Shown here in pieces: positions 13,827 to 27,300 of a stretch of DNA of 64,000 bases. The notes beneath the pieces are model-generated. The model was not told where the DNA came from. It saw only the letters and a program-made list of their open reading frames with translations, and searched no databases. The position numbers and the translations under genes are program-made. The DNA is from Takakia lepidozioides (lineage: Eukaryota > Plantae > Bryophyta), in assembly GCA_030704615.1 (NCBI GenBank), contig CM060731.1:40548001-40612000 (forward strand), read 5' to 3'. The first letter of the stretch is position 1. Every line of letters starts with the position of its first letter.

Positions 13827-14289
13827 AGCACGCAGCATCATGCAAGATAAACCAATTCAAGTTCGGTGACCAAGCTGGAAGTTGTTTGAGTTCTCCAGAA
13901 ATACACAACTCAGATTTGGTGGCCAAACCTGATTCTTACAAAGATTATAATGAAAATAGTTGTTAGACTCGTGTTTTCAAAAGATGGAATGGACCCTTTA
14001 AAGAGCACAAGACACATACCGCCTACTACCATAAAGGTATCAAACTAGATTAGAACAAGCAGCAAACTGCAAAAGGCTGTGGCAATGCATACAAACATAT
14101 CCAAAATATACAAACATGACACACACACATACCTTTGTGTGGTTTTCAGAATTCTTCCAACGGAAGCCTAATCTCTTTGTATGGTGGTTTCCTAATGTGG
14201 TTCATATGACAGTGTACAACATGCCACTAGTGTTATAAGTATAACAATTTAAGGATAATAACTTTTGTTGCAAATTCTCAGTAACAACC

Positions 14290-14520
14290 AACAGTAGCTC
14301 AGTTGGCTAGGTGCACTGAGTGCCACCCAGACGATTTTGGGGTAAAATCTTGCTACTTGACGGGTGTGGTATTCTCTTCTCCCCCTTCCCTGGGCACTGT
14401 CCCACTTATACGCCTCCATGGCACTGTTACTGTGAAAGAGGTTATTTTCTCCTCTCACTATCAAGGGGCCTGATTTGTGAGCTGTGGCTCCCAGGTGTTT
14501 CCCTTCCCCAAAAAAAAACA
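14290..14520 (+). mobile_element. tRNA-derived SINE-like element
   Basis: A-box TAGCTCAGTTGG at about 14294, degenerate B-box near 14340, and an A-rich tail. Its 3' motif CCTGATTTGTGAGCTGTGGCTCCCAGG is shared with the element at 41201-41495. Confidence 0.55.
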
Positions 14521-15009
14521 TATAAACATCTTACAAATAATGCTCAAATCATATAAGCTCCTTGCTCTGATCAAATGTAATTGAATTGTGTATTCCCATG
14601 TGTCAAAAGACGCCTAAAACCCAACACGTTTTTAACTTTTGGGACCGGCCCTTGGACTGCACCACCCAGTGCTGCAAAAGGCAGGTGATATGTTTATCAC
14701 ACATGTTTATGGTTATGTCCTAACATATTTCTACATGTTTTGGTTGAGGATCAATTTCTAAGGTTGCAACCAATGTTGAGCAATCAATAGAAAGCTGTCT
14801 CTATGATATGGTTGGAGCTTATAGGGCCCACGCCCGAAAGGGGGCGTAAGGTGAAGTGGCTCTTAGTTACGTCGGCCTTGGCCGGAGTCTTCTCTCTCTC
14901 CGGTTGGAGCTTCAGGTAGGACTTATCCTTGATATCACATGCTACATTACATAGTTGCTACCATCTCATCAATGGGCATTAGTGTGAGCTCAAAACAATT
15001 ATCAAATCA

Positions 15010-15593
15010 GGCCAGGGCGAAGTCTGTCGATGAACATGTGCTGGAAAAGAATTCGAGAACAGCGTCTGGCAAGTACTCCTTCAGTACAACTATCCCACAT
15101 AGACCTAATCCTTAAAAGCATTCTTTACATGCTTCAAGGCTTTTTTTAAGTTATCGTAGTTATCGATTACAAGACATTGCTCAGGAAACGTTACTCTAAG
15201 ACTCGACTGGTCGGCAACAATCGCCTGACACACAACAATAGCCCTATCCAGCTCTTTCACAGTAGCAAAGTGGACGCTCTGATTCCGGGATTCAATCAAC
15301 CGTTGTCCCATCTCCTTGTATTGAACCTCAGTCATCGTCAATGCCTTAGTGCCAAGGCGAACTGATGGAATGGCACTATCAACAAATAGGTGGTTGGTTT
15401 TGTGAGTCGGGTCGTTAGGGACCTTTTCGAGAAGACCCTGACCGCAGCTCCACTTCATTATTTCGCCAGCAACGAGAGAGACATCCTGGCCCCCACGAAA
15501 CTCCTCAACAGGCTGCATTCACGACGCACGCTCCTTAAAAACTCTGACATCAGCTGCCAAGTCCTGCAATAATTTGAGCTCGGCTGGGGTCAT
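15010..15593 (-). pseudogene. Intronless ORF of unknown family with in-frame stops
   Basis: ATG at 15593 (MTPAELKLLQDLAADVRVFKERAS*) is in frame with the 137 aa ORF 15518-15105. A TATA-like CTATATAAG lies at about 15716-15708. No family recognised. Confidence 0.4.
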
Positions 15594-16900
15594 TCTGCTT
15601 TGTTAAAAACGTAGATCAAACAATAATGAGGATTGTATTGAAGATCTTCACCCAACCATAGAAGCACAAAGCAAGAACAATTGATTTGTGGCTTCACTCC
15701 CGAGCTTCTTATATAGTCTTAGCTAGGCTAAAAGCAATCACTAAAGTCTTGCCTTCTACTATATATGTTGAGCAGTCCATAATGGATTAGCTTTAACTTT
15801 AAGACAAAAGCCTCTCTAAATAGAGAGTTACTTTTATTGTCTCTAACTTTATCTACAAGTCAAGTTATAGATCGGTCACCCATATCAGTCGTAGCAAACT
15901 TTGAACTTAGTAGAGCTTTGGTTTTGACGTATATCTAGCTATGACCACAAATGAATCTCTCGTCTCATCCCATAAACATTTGAGTCTGCAACACTCCTTT
16001 CAAACTTTACTTTCACAAGATAAGCATCGATCCTTTGTGTAGAATCTATTTAGACGGAGAATCGAAGGTGAATCTGCTTCGAAATCAGTTCACGGAATCC
16101 ATTCCACTGTATATACACTAAAACAGTTGAAGGTCATGGATCTGTAGCAGCGATTGTGGGTCTCGGCAGACGAGATTCTTGCGTTTGGCCGGTTGGAAAT
16201 CTCCGACGCTGATCTGTAAGAGTGACCCGTTGAGTGCATGATATTTCTATGTGCACGATCTATGAATGTGAGATTCTTGGGGGATTCAAGTGTGGATACT
16301 CGATAGAGAAACGGCTGATCAGGTTTAGATTCAGCCCAAGTCACAACGGCAACCGAGCTCCACGGTCTCCCATATATGAAGGATGCTCCCCGAGCCCTGC
16401 TGTGTGTTTCTGTCTTTTGCCTTCTGAAGTCTCTCTTTGTCCTCAAGGCCGTCTGTTGTACCTCTCCCCTGGTCCGGCCTCTTCAGGAACTTCTAATGCT
16501 ACCGGCCATCATATTGCACTTACAGGGTTATGATCAAATCCCTTTCAACAGCTACGACAGTCCAGATTGCTGGATCCTTGAGTTGCTTGCGCGAGAAAGC
16601 ATATGTAATTAGATAGCTGGGACTCTTCCAAATGACACCTAAAATCGATATAATTGGATCAACGAAGTGCATTGGTGATTTAGCGTCTACTTCAACGAAG
16701 ATTGGAGTGCAGATTTGGCAGCTTGTTTGGCACACCTCCCTGGTTTTTGGTTTTATGGATTTGGTGGTTAATAGAGCAGTAAAGTGAAGCATATGTTGGA
16801 AAGTGTTGCTGATGCAGACTACACCAATGATGTATGTAGGCTGTGGTCTCGTACAAAAATATATATATATATGTAGGCTGTGGTCTTGTACACACTACAG

Positions 16901-19091
<2,191 letters not shown>

Positions 19092-19447
19092 TCATGTGGT
19101 CCTCAAGTGCAGTCACACTAAAGCTCAGATAATCCAACCTGGACTGCTGCTTCTGCTGTGGAAGCAGGACTGATTCAACTGAAAGATCTCTGCTCAAGAT
19201 GCTGTGATCATCAAGTCCATGGAGAGCAGGGTAACAAAACACACTGGCCCGGATTTTGGACTGAACGAGGTTAGGTTCATACCTTTCCATCACTGCACCT
19301 GCCTCCCTGATGTTGTCGTACTTGTACTGAAGATGTTTTTGGACACTGGCTGGAACATCCTGGTTGTGGAGAGACATGTGGAAGGAGATAGGGTTGAATG
19401 AACTAGAGTGGTTGAGAGGCCAGATGCTGGAAATGGTGTCTTCCACA

Positions 19448-19795
19448 ACCATCTACCCATGGAGGTTCCTTGTACCTATCCTTCCACTGTGTTCCACATG
19501 GAATCATAGCTAATCTGGAGCTTGAAATCCGGCCCTCTTGGATGAATCTGGACCCACACTCTATCCCTGCTCCTTCAGCTATCCATGCCTCTGCACAAAT
19601 CATGCATACATCCTTGCCTTGCTGCTAGCAGCTGACAATGACAGCCTAGAATTGTTCCAGCAAACATCCCAACCCTACTTATCAGACTAGTTCCTATGCT
19701 GACTGCGTCTGCTTCCATCAGGCATTCACCTTTTTGCCTCGATTGTTCTACCATTGACTGGGATCGGAAACATATTCATTCCAGAGCTTCTCCTC
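19448..19795 (-). pseudogene. Copy of the OSB-type PDF-motif exon-intron-exon module
   Basis: LWNEYVSDPSQW*NNRGKK|intron|IHPRGPDFKLQ; near-identical to 44640-44980. Confidence 0.7.
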
Positions 19796-20437
19796 TAGAA
19801 CAGATAGCAGAAAGCAAGAAGTCAATCCTGCAGCCGGAACTGCAGAGCCAGGGAACTGCAGATCCTAAATGCAAGAAACTGCTGGGTCTGAGAACTGCAA
19901 AGTCTAAGAACTGCAGAGACTAAGGTCATCCGAGCAGAGCTTCAGAAAACTAAAGCTGAACTCGCCCTGCATTTTGAATCCCTTGCACACTTGTGCCGCC
20001 AATTGAAGTCGGTCTCCTCCGCATCAGCCGGAGATTGTCCAAATGTTCTGGCATCTGGGTCTTCCTCTACTACTGCCGATTTGGATATTTTTTCTGCAAA
20101 GAAAAATTGGACCTAGAGAGAAAGGATCTTCGCCCCATAGCAGAACGGTAGAACCGCCAACGTGATGGCGCCAGCAATGAGGTCGGATCGAGCAGGAGTC
20201 GAGCAGCTTTCAAATTGCTTCCACGTGTTTATCTGTTCATAAATTTTTGACAAAGAATCAACTGGCTTGTGTATTTCAAAGCCGGGGATGTTGAAATAAT
20301 ATTGGGAGTAGCTCGCGGATGCAGCCTCATTGAACTAGGTTGGCATCAGGTTTAATAGTCCGAATGACATGGAGAACATCCCTAGCGTCAAGGTTGTCGC
20401 CTGTGACTGTGACTCCGTCTCTCTGAAAATCAAGCAT

Positions 20438-21015
20438 TACTAGGGTAGCCTGGGCCGTTGGCCCAAGTGTCCAATGTCATCTATGTGCAATCCTCCCTGT
20501 ATGCAAGTGCGTCTCCTATGTCGAGGCCAGAATGCGACCTCTAGGGTAGCATGTGCCCTGGCCCAAGTGTCAAGTGTCATCTAAGTCCAAGTGTAAAATC
20601 TTCTATGTATCCCAATGCGTCTCCTATGTCGCGGGCCAAGTGCAACCTCTAGGATAGCCTGCACCTTTGGCCCATGTGTGAAGAATTGAAAATCTAAGAC
20701 CAAGTGCAATTTCCTATATTGTATCCAATGCGTCTCCTATGAGCCCCATATAAGCCCAAGTACAATCTTCAATTTATGTATCTAAGTGCATCTCCCATGT
20801 AGAGGCCCAAGTGTCCAATGTCATGTAACTTGCCCAAGTGCAATCTCCTATGTATCGAAGTACGTCTCCCATGTCAAGGCCCAATTTATTTTTTCCATTA
20901 ATTTATTGAGTAGTAGTATATCCATTCATTATTGATATATCTCCTCTTATGTCGAGGCCCAAATTCGACCTCTAGGGTAGCCTCTGCCGTTGGTCCAATG
21001 TCATCTAAGTCCAAA
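20438..21015. repeat. Degenerate tandem/satellite-like repeat (about 60-120 bp modules)
   Basis: Recurring motifs GCCCAAGTGTC(C)AA, GCGTCTCCTATGTCG(A/C)GG(G)CC and CGACCTCTAGGGTAGC. Confidence 0.7.
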
Positions 21016-22074
21016 TGCATTTATTTTTCCACAGAGCCTAAGACCACATTACCTTTCCCTTGATATATCTCCCGTCAAGGCTCCAACCATTGTCCCAGAA
21101 ATGCCCACTTTGCCATTTTTGCTATTTTTCATGAAATTAATTTCCAACGACCAAAAGCACTTGGAATTCCACATCTCCCACACCGCAGGTCCAAAAATCA
21201 TGAGACCAAGCCCGTGCACCCCTCCTCGTCGAGGGCTTTCCAACGGTACCAAGCACCATCGCTGGGGCCTGCAGTTTGGGACATCTCAACGTGACAAAAC
21301 AAAACAAAACAAAACAAACAAATTACTAGCTTCCTTCATATATTGATTTTGTTACCCCACTTTCCTGCACAAAAGCAGCGCACATCAGGAAAATGTTAGG
21401 AAAGATTCAACATTTTACTTCGGACAATCTAGGAGAAAACTGCTTGTGAGCTTGCTCATCTTAAAGGCGACGTAACATAAAGTTCTGCCGCATCTGACTT
21501 GCTATATCTAGTCAACAATACGCTTCACAATATCCATGGCCACCAGTTTCAACAAGTATTCTCCAACTGGTTGGGGTTAGAGCCAAAATTTGAAACAAGG
21601 GATCAGACTGGCTACCACTTCAAACGACTGATGCCGCAAGCCCAGGTCGTCTAACTCGTCTAACAAGCACAGTTCAGGGCTTCGAGTACATGAATGACAA
21701 TTCCATACAGCACATTGCTTCAAATGAATGAGACACGAGAGAAGTATAATTTACCCTTGAGTTTCTTTTCGTCCTCCCTGCTAATCTGAACTCTGACAAC
21801 CACATCACACACATCAAAAGTGGGTGGCATAAGCTCATGAGTCTCTCCACCATGCAACAAATTGTAATTATTCTAGTCCCCGAGTGACGAGGAGCATCAT
21901 GATCAAGAGATTGCGGGCCGCCAGTCAACATCATCGGGGCCTAAGCTTCAACAGGTTCCATCTGCATGCAACTACTCTTTTGGGGGAATTTTCTTGCAGC
22001 AACATGTTTTCTAGATGTTGGGTCCACTGTTCCAAACATTCTGCTATGCTTCCAAGAGTTGATCACGTTTCGCA

Positions 22075-23665
22075 TGTCAAGTTATTTTACCACTAGTGTG
22101 AAACTAGCTAGGAAATAGCTAGCTTTTACATATTGACATTTGGGATTGGCCCAAGTGTCAATCCAGGGGTCAAGGCATATTTAGGCCCTGGAGTGGTTAT
22201 CTTCACGGCAAGCGCGGAAGGCTCATCTTTCTCGAGTTGAGCCTCACCGCGCCTAGCTATGGCGCCGTAGTGTGGATTCCCCATGGCGTGGGGTGCACTT
22301 GGCTTGACTTGTATTTGAGTGATGAGGTTATATATGCATGAGTTTATGCTTCAGCTTTGTGAGCTCGCATGAGCTTGTGCTTGTATTCTTCTTCTTTATC
22401 ACTCGAGAAAGATGAGCTCGTATCTGTGAGTGCCAGATATGAGTTAGTTGTAGCACTTGTGGTTTTTGCTTGAGAATGAGAGAAACCAAGTTGTTATGCA
22501 AGGAGCACCGTGGAGCTATTGGTTGTTAGAAGCGGAGGCGATGTGGGTTATGAGGTGGTAGACCTTGGCATTCGATCTTCAGCTTCAGAGATGAAAGCAC
22601 CATGCTGCAGGTAATTCCAGAGCACCTTGATGGTTTCAGATTGTGTACATGCATGAGCAAGCACGATTGGGAAGAGGACCAGTCAAGAGCAGGTTATAGT
22701 GGCTTTGGTGGCAAAGCTGAGAACTGGACTTGGGAATGCGAGCTTTCATTGTGTGAAGGATTGCAAGACCAAGCGAAAGGGCTGATTTGGCTTGGGGCAA
22801 ATCAGTGCACTTTGTGGAGTATGGTGAGATTGGGTTTCAATCTCGAGCTTCAGCATTGAGAGGGCTCTTGTCATGGCAAGAGCAGGGCTGGAACAGGAGC
22901 TAAGAGGTGCGGCAAGGCCATGGAATGTGCATCTAGGGTTTCAGAGCTTGGAAGAAGAGCTCTTGCACCACAAGAGAAGTGTCTTGTGGCTGGAAATGTA
23001 AGCCTTAGGGTTTCAGGAGCTTGGCAAAGGCTGTGGAGTGCTTAGTCTTGTCTTAGAGAGCATCAAGGAGCCAAGGAGCCAAGATAGGGGGCTGATATCT
23101 CTTGTGTGAAGAGGTTGCATGTGTGGAGCATGTATTCAACTCATTGAAGCTTCCATCTTCAAGCTTGGAGGGCAAGCAAGGAAGAGGGAAGGGCTGACTT
23201 CCCTTATGTGAGGGCAATGCATATGTGGAGCATGCTATCAGCCTGGTGAAGGCTTGCACTTTCAGATGTGGGAGTGCAAGAAAGGAAGGAAGGGGTTGGT
23301 TTCCCTGTAGGGCATGTGGAGCATGCTTTCAGCCTGCTGAAGCTTGTATTTTCAGGTTTGTGGGTGCAAGAAATGAAGCAAAGGAGCTGATTCTCTTATG
23401 GTGAGAGTGGGGCATGTGTGGAGCATGCCTTCAACCCATTGAGGCTCTTGTTTTCAAGCTTTAGAGAGCTAGAACGGAAGGTCTAGGGCTGGTTTCCACT
23501 TGGAGTGAAAGAAAAGCACTTGTAGGGCTTATGTGAGTTGGGGTTTCAACTTCAAGCTTGAAGGGAGCGCAACTCTTGAAGCAGCAGGTGTAGGGGGCTG
23601 GAATAGGCTCTAAGATAGATGCTATGGCCAAGGAGAGTGCTTGAATGAGTGCTCACAAGGGCTGG
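22075..23665 (+). repeat. Left long inverted terminal repeat (about 1.59 kb)
   Basis: Reverse complement of 31167-32651; the match ends at ...CACAAGGGCTGG (23665). About 5 mismatches in the outer 160 bp by eye, more divergent inward. Confidence 0.93.
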
Positions 23666-23934
23666 GAACCAGCAGGGCTTGGTTGTTTGCCATTGAGTTT
23701 GGTGGTGTGTTTGAGGAGGCTAAGTGAGAAAGAAGGTTTGGTTTGTGGCAACCACCTCATGGCTTAGGGCTACTATGGTGGTGTGTGGGAGCCAAAAGAG
23801 CAAGAATACCTTGCTGATTTCCTCACAGCCGCCATAGCTCGGTGGAAAGAAGCCTAGAGTCCAAGAGACACAAACCCTAGCTTGGCGTGGCTAAACCCCT
23901 TGGAGAAATGGCTAAACTGCCAGAGCGGCCATGG

Positions 23935-24486
23935 ATGGGGCTGTGACGGGCTGTGCCGGTGGCCTTTTGGGGCTGTGAGGGGCTGTGACAGGCCGTGCCT
24001 GAGGCCTTTGGGGCTGTGAGGGGCTGTGGCGAGCTGTGACGGGCTGTGCGGGGCTGTGACAGGCTGTGCCCAGTGGCCTGTGGGGCTGTGATGGGCTGTG
24101 AGGGGCTGTGCCCATGGCCTTTGGGGCTGTGATGGGCTGTGAGGGGCTGTGACAGGCCGTGCCTGAGGCCTTTGGGGTTGTGAGGGGCTGTGAGGGGCTG
24201 CGCCGGTGGCCTTTAGGGCTGTGCCGGGCTGTGCCGGTGGCCTTCGGGGTCGTGACAGGCTGTGAGGGCCTGTGACAGGCTACACCAGTGGCCTTGGGGG
24301 CTGTGAGGGGCTGTGAGGGGCTGTGTCGGTGGCCTTTTGGGGCCGTGACAGGCTGTGCCCATGGCCTTTAGGGCTGTGATGGGCTGTGAGGGGCTGTGAC
24401 GGGCTGTGAGGGGCTGTGTCAGGCCGTGCCTGAGGCCTGTGGGGCTGTGACGGGCTATGAGGGGCTGTGACAGGCCGTGCCTGAGG
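23935..24486 (+). repeat. G-rich minisatellite of GGGCTGTGA(G/C/T) decamers with higher-order spacers
   Basis: Dozens of GGGCTGTG units interleaved with CCGGTGGCCTTT, CAGGCCGTGCCTGAGGCC and CCCATGGCCTTT. Confidence 0.93.
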
Positions 24487-26065
24487 GCAGAGAGGACCTC
24501 AGATGCAGGGGTCTCTCCCTTCATTTGCTGGCCAACAACGGGCGGATGTGGTGTGCTGGACATGTGGAGGACCCCATGTCAAGAAGGATTGCCCAGAGGG
24601 AGGCAAAGGGCCGGCACATGCACAGCCTGCACAGTTGCAGTGTGGGCATTGTGGCAAGCATGGGCATGGAGAGGCCCAGTGTTATGGTTTGCATCCTAAG
24701 TTGCGCCCAGGCCAGTTCCAAGGGAACAATGGTGGCCGGGGGCGAGGTGGAGCAGCCCAGAGAGGACGAGGTGGCCAGCCACGAGGTGCAGGCCAAGGGC
24801 AAGCTCAACATGGCTAAGGACGCGGAGGTCAAGATATTGATCAAGGCATGGCCAACCGGCTTCAGCAGCTAGAGCAGAGGCTTGCTGCCATGGCTACAGC
24901 TCAGGTGGTACCGGCTCTAAGGCCGGATGGTCCACCTCCTGCTCCTGAGGGAGGAGATATGGGAGGCATGGGATTCATGTATGGAGCAGCACTACCACTA
25001 GTGCAGGTGGAGTCTGCTGCAGCCGTGACTCAAGGAGCAGCACGAGTTCCTGAGCCATGAGGTGCAGAGGTGGAGTTGAATCCACAGCGTGGGGAGGCAA
25101 GCCGTCAGGCTAGGCTTCCTCAGTTATTCACATTGGCGGAAACAGTGTCGACGCCATCCATGGCACCTAGTTCTCGCCCGACTGTTACCGAGGCGGAGGT
25201 TACTATGCCATTGGGGAGAGCTACACGGGTAGCACCACTACCTAGTGTCGCCAAGGCTACGACAGCTAGTGTGCTGCTAGGAGCGGCCACATCTGTGTGT
25301 CAGGCTCCATTGTTCTCAGCTACCATGATTGCGACGCCGGGGGTAAGACCAGCTGAGGTGTGCAGGCTGGCAGCTACACTCTGTGAGAAATGGGAGGTTA
25401 CTTCATCTTCTGCGGAGATACTAGGAGGTGTAGTGCCGGAGGGATCCTCGGATTTGAGGATCAAGACTGCCACGGCGGCGCCATGGCAAGCTGCAGCTGC
25501 CAGGTTGATGGAGCTGCCAGCTAGGCCAGCCATTGAGCGCGCCATGGTGACACCTGGAGTTGTCATGTTAGACAACCAGGATGGCATTTTCTGTTTGAGT
25601 GGACCGGCAGGGAAGAAGTACCGGCCACTGCGGGTCTTGTTGGACTCAGGAGCTCAGCCACTGATGCTGGGCAGAGCTGCTATTGCAGGCTTGGGTCTCA
25701 CGGAGGCGGATATGGAGCCTTGTCTTTTCCAGATACAGACGTGTCTGGGAGGATCGGAGCAACCTCGGGGCATGACACGGCATGAGTTGTCTATCAGACT
25801 ACGGCCGGATCACCCTACAGATGGCTCAGTGATGCGAGCCAAGGCCATTGTGACAGACGCGGTCTCATACGATGTCCTGGTTGGTGGGGCAGTGTTGTAC
25901 CCCATGGGCTTCACCCTGGATTTTTGGGAGGAGTCACCTTCCTATAGGCATGCATGGCAGTCAGGGGAGGGCCGGCATGTGCAGCTCCCTGTGACGTTCA
26001 TAGGAGGAGTTGCGGTTGCCCAGCGAGGCAAGATGCCGACACTAGCAGGCAGTGAGTTGGCCTAG
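24485..26065 (+). pseudogene. Retroelement Gag C-terminus (two zinc knuckles) and aspartic protease
   Basis: CWTCGGPHVKKDC and CGHCGKHGHGEAQC knuckles followed by an RGG-rich tract. Protease motif VLLDSGAQPLMLG and later YDVLVG. In-frame TGA at 25058; Gag N-terminus missing. Confidence 0.8.
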
Positions 26066-26329
26066 AGAGTTGCTTGAGGGCAACGCTCATTCAAAGGATG
26101 TACCACCTCCGGGAGAGCAGGATGATATGTATGGTATGGCGGAGTTGCCTACCATGGTTGCTCAGACTCCATTGTGGGGCACGAGCAAGGATTTGCAGCG
26201 GGATGCTGATCGACGGGTGCAACAAGCCTGGGTGGAGGCTTTTGTACCGTCAGGAGAGGAGGAGAGTGCGGGGATTGCACCAGGACCACCTCAATTGTCT
26301 CCATTGGACACCACACCTATTGTGTGGCA

Positions 26330-27300
26330 ATATCCGGATGAAGGCATTTGTCTTCTGGACTTGTTTGGCGGGATCAGCACCGTATTGGCTGCTGTGTTAC
26401 AGGCAGGTATACGAGTTTGGCGTTACCTGTATGTGGAGAGGGATGAGACTGCACGACGCGTTTCACTTCGTCATGTTGCTTAGTTGGTGCAGCGGTACCC
26501 TGAGTTGTTGTCGGTGTCTGCAATTCGTGGATATCAGCAGGCCTTGCCAGCAGACATTTCGTTGCTGGGGGCGCAGGATTTGGAGCGGGTTGGCTCCATT
26601 GATCTGGTAGTGGCAGGTTGGCCCTACCAAGGGCATTCATCAGCCGGGCATGGCAATGGATTGCGAGACTCGAGGTCGGGTCTGTTTTGGGAGATGGTGC
26701 GGGTTTTGCGCCACTTGCAGCTTCATCAAGTTGTATCTCCAGCATACATCTTGGAGAATGTGCCACTGAAGGGCGATTCTCGGGCCAGGGTGATGGCCAG
26801 TGTGCATCAAGTCCGGTCGTGGCTTGGGTCAGCAGTGTTGCTAGATGCAGCTACAGTGGGGTCACGGGCTCATCGTCCACGGCTATGGTGGACTAACTTG
26901 ATGCCACCCGCACTGCTCAAGCGTGCATTTGATGGGGTGCAGCGGCCAGCACATCTCACAGTGGATAACATTCTGGACACAGGGAGGCAGTCTCAGCGTG
27001 TGAGACACGATGACCGTTCGCCTTTGGCAGTGGTCAACAAGGTGGGTCAACCACGAGCAGCATTACCTACACTGCTCAGCTTCCCAGGATCGTATGCTTT
27101 CCGAGATAGTGGACCTGGCCTCCTATGGGATGCTCAGTTGCAGCAGTTAGTGGAGCCTAATGCTGAGGAGCGTGAGCGGGCAATGGATTTTACCATTGGT
27201 ACCACGGCGGTGTCGTCTCTTTCTGAGGCATCACGTCGTCAAGTGTTGGGGCAAGCAATGGATCTCAATTGCTTGACTTGGATTATCAGCTTGGCTCTGG
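26330..27300 (+). pseudogene. C5 DNA (cytosine-5) methyltransferase domain inside the retroelement polyprotein
   Basis: Motif I LDLFGGIS, II YVERD, IV VAGWP[Y]QGHS (catalytic Cys codon is TAC at 26625), VI YILENV, VIII AHRPRLWWTN, IX-X ERERAMDF...RRQVLGQAMD. In-frame TAG at 26481. Confidence 0.9.

Larger units (their letters stand above)
12232..14128 (+). repeat. Segmental duplicate (deletion mosaic) of 37141-49870
   Basis: 12232-13067 matches 37141-37967; 13065-13755 matches 39255-39954; 13772-13830 matches 49695-49753; about 14005-14128 matches about 49755-49875. Confidence 0.92.

Noticed and set aside
14290-14360. tRNA genes here and at about 34350 and 41430-41495
   Set aside because: A/B boxes are present but I found no cloverleaf or acceptor stem; these fit SINE heads better.
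16833-16892. Direct repeat of about 22 bp (TATGTAGGCTGTGGTCTYGTACA) flanking a short (AT)n
   Set aside because: Real, but most simply a local slippage or repair duplication with no evidence of function.
22065-22074. Target-site duplication for the large element
   Set aside because: Left flank ...TTTCGCA and right flank CCAGCTA... share no 4-9 bp direct repeat.
22602-22859. ORF duplicated at 31874-32215 as a real gene
   Set aside because: Identity simply reflects the inverted repeat; no recognisable domain.
26330-27300. Bacterial contamination or restriction-modification gene
   Set aside because: The domain is colinear with retroelement domains and shares their decay pattern, inside plant genomic context.
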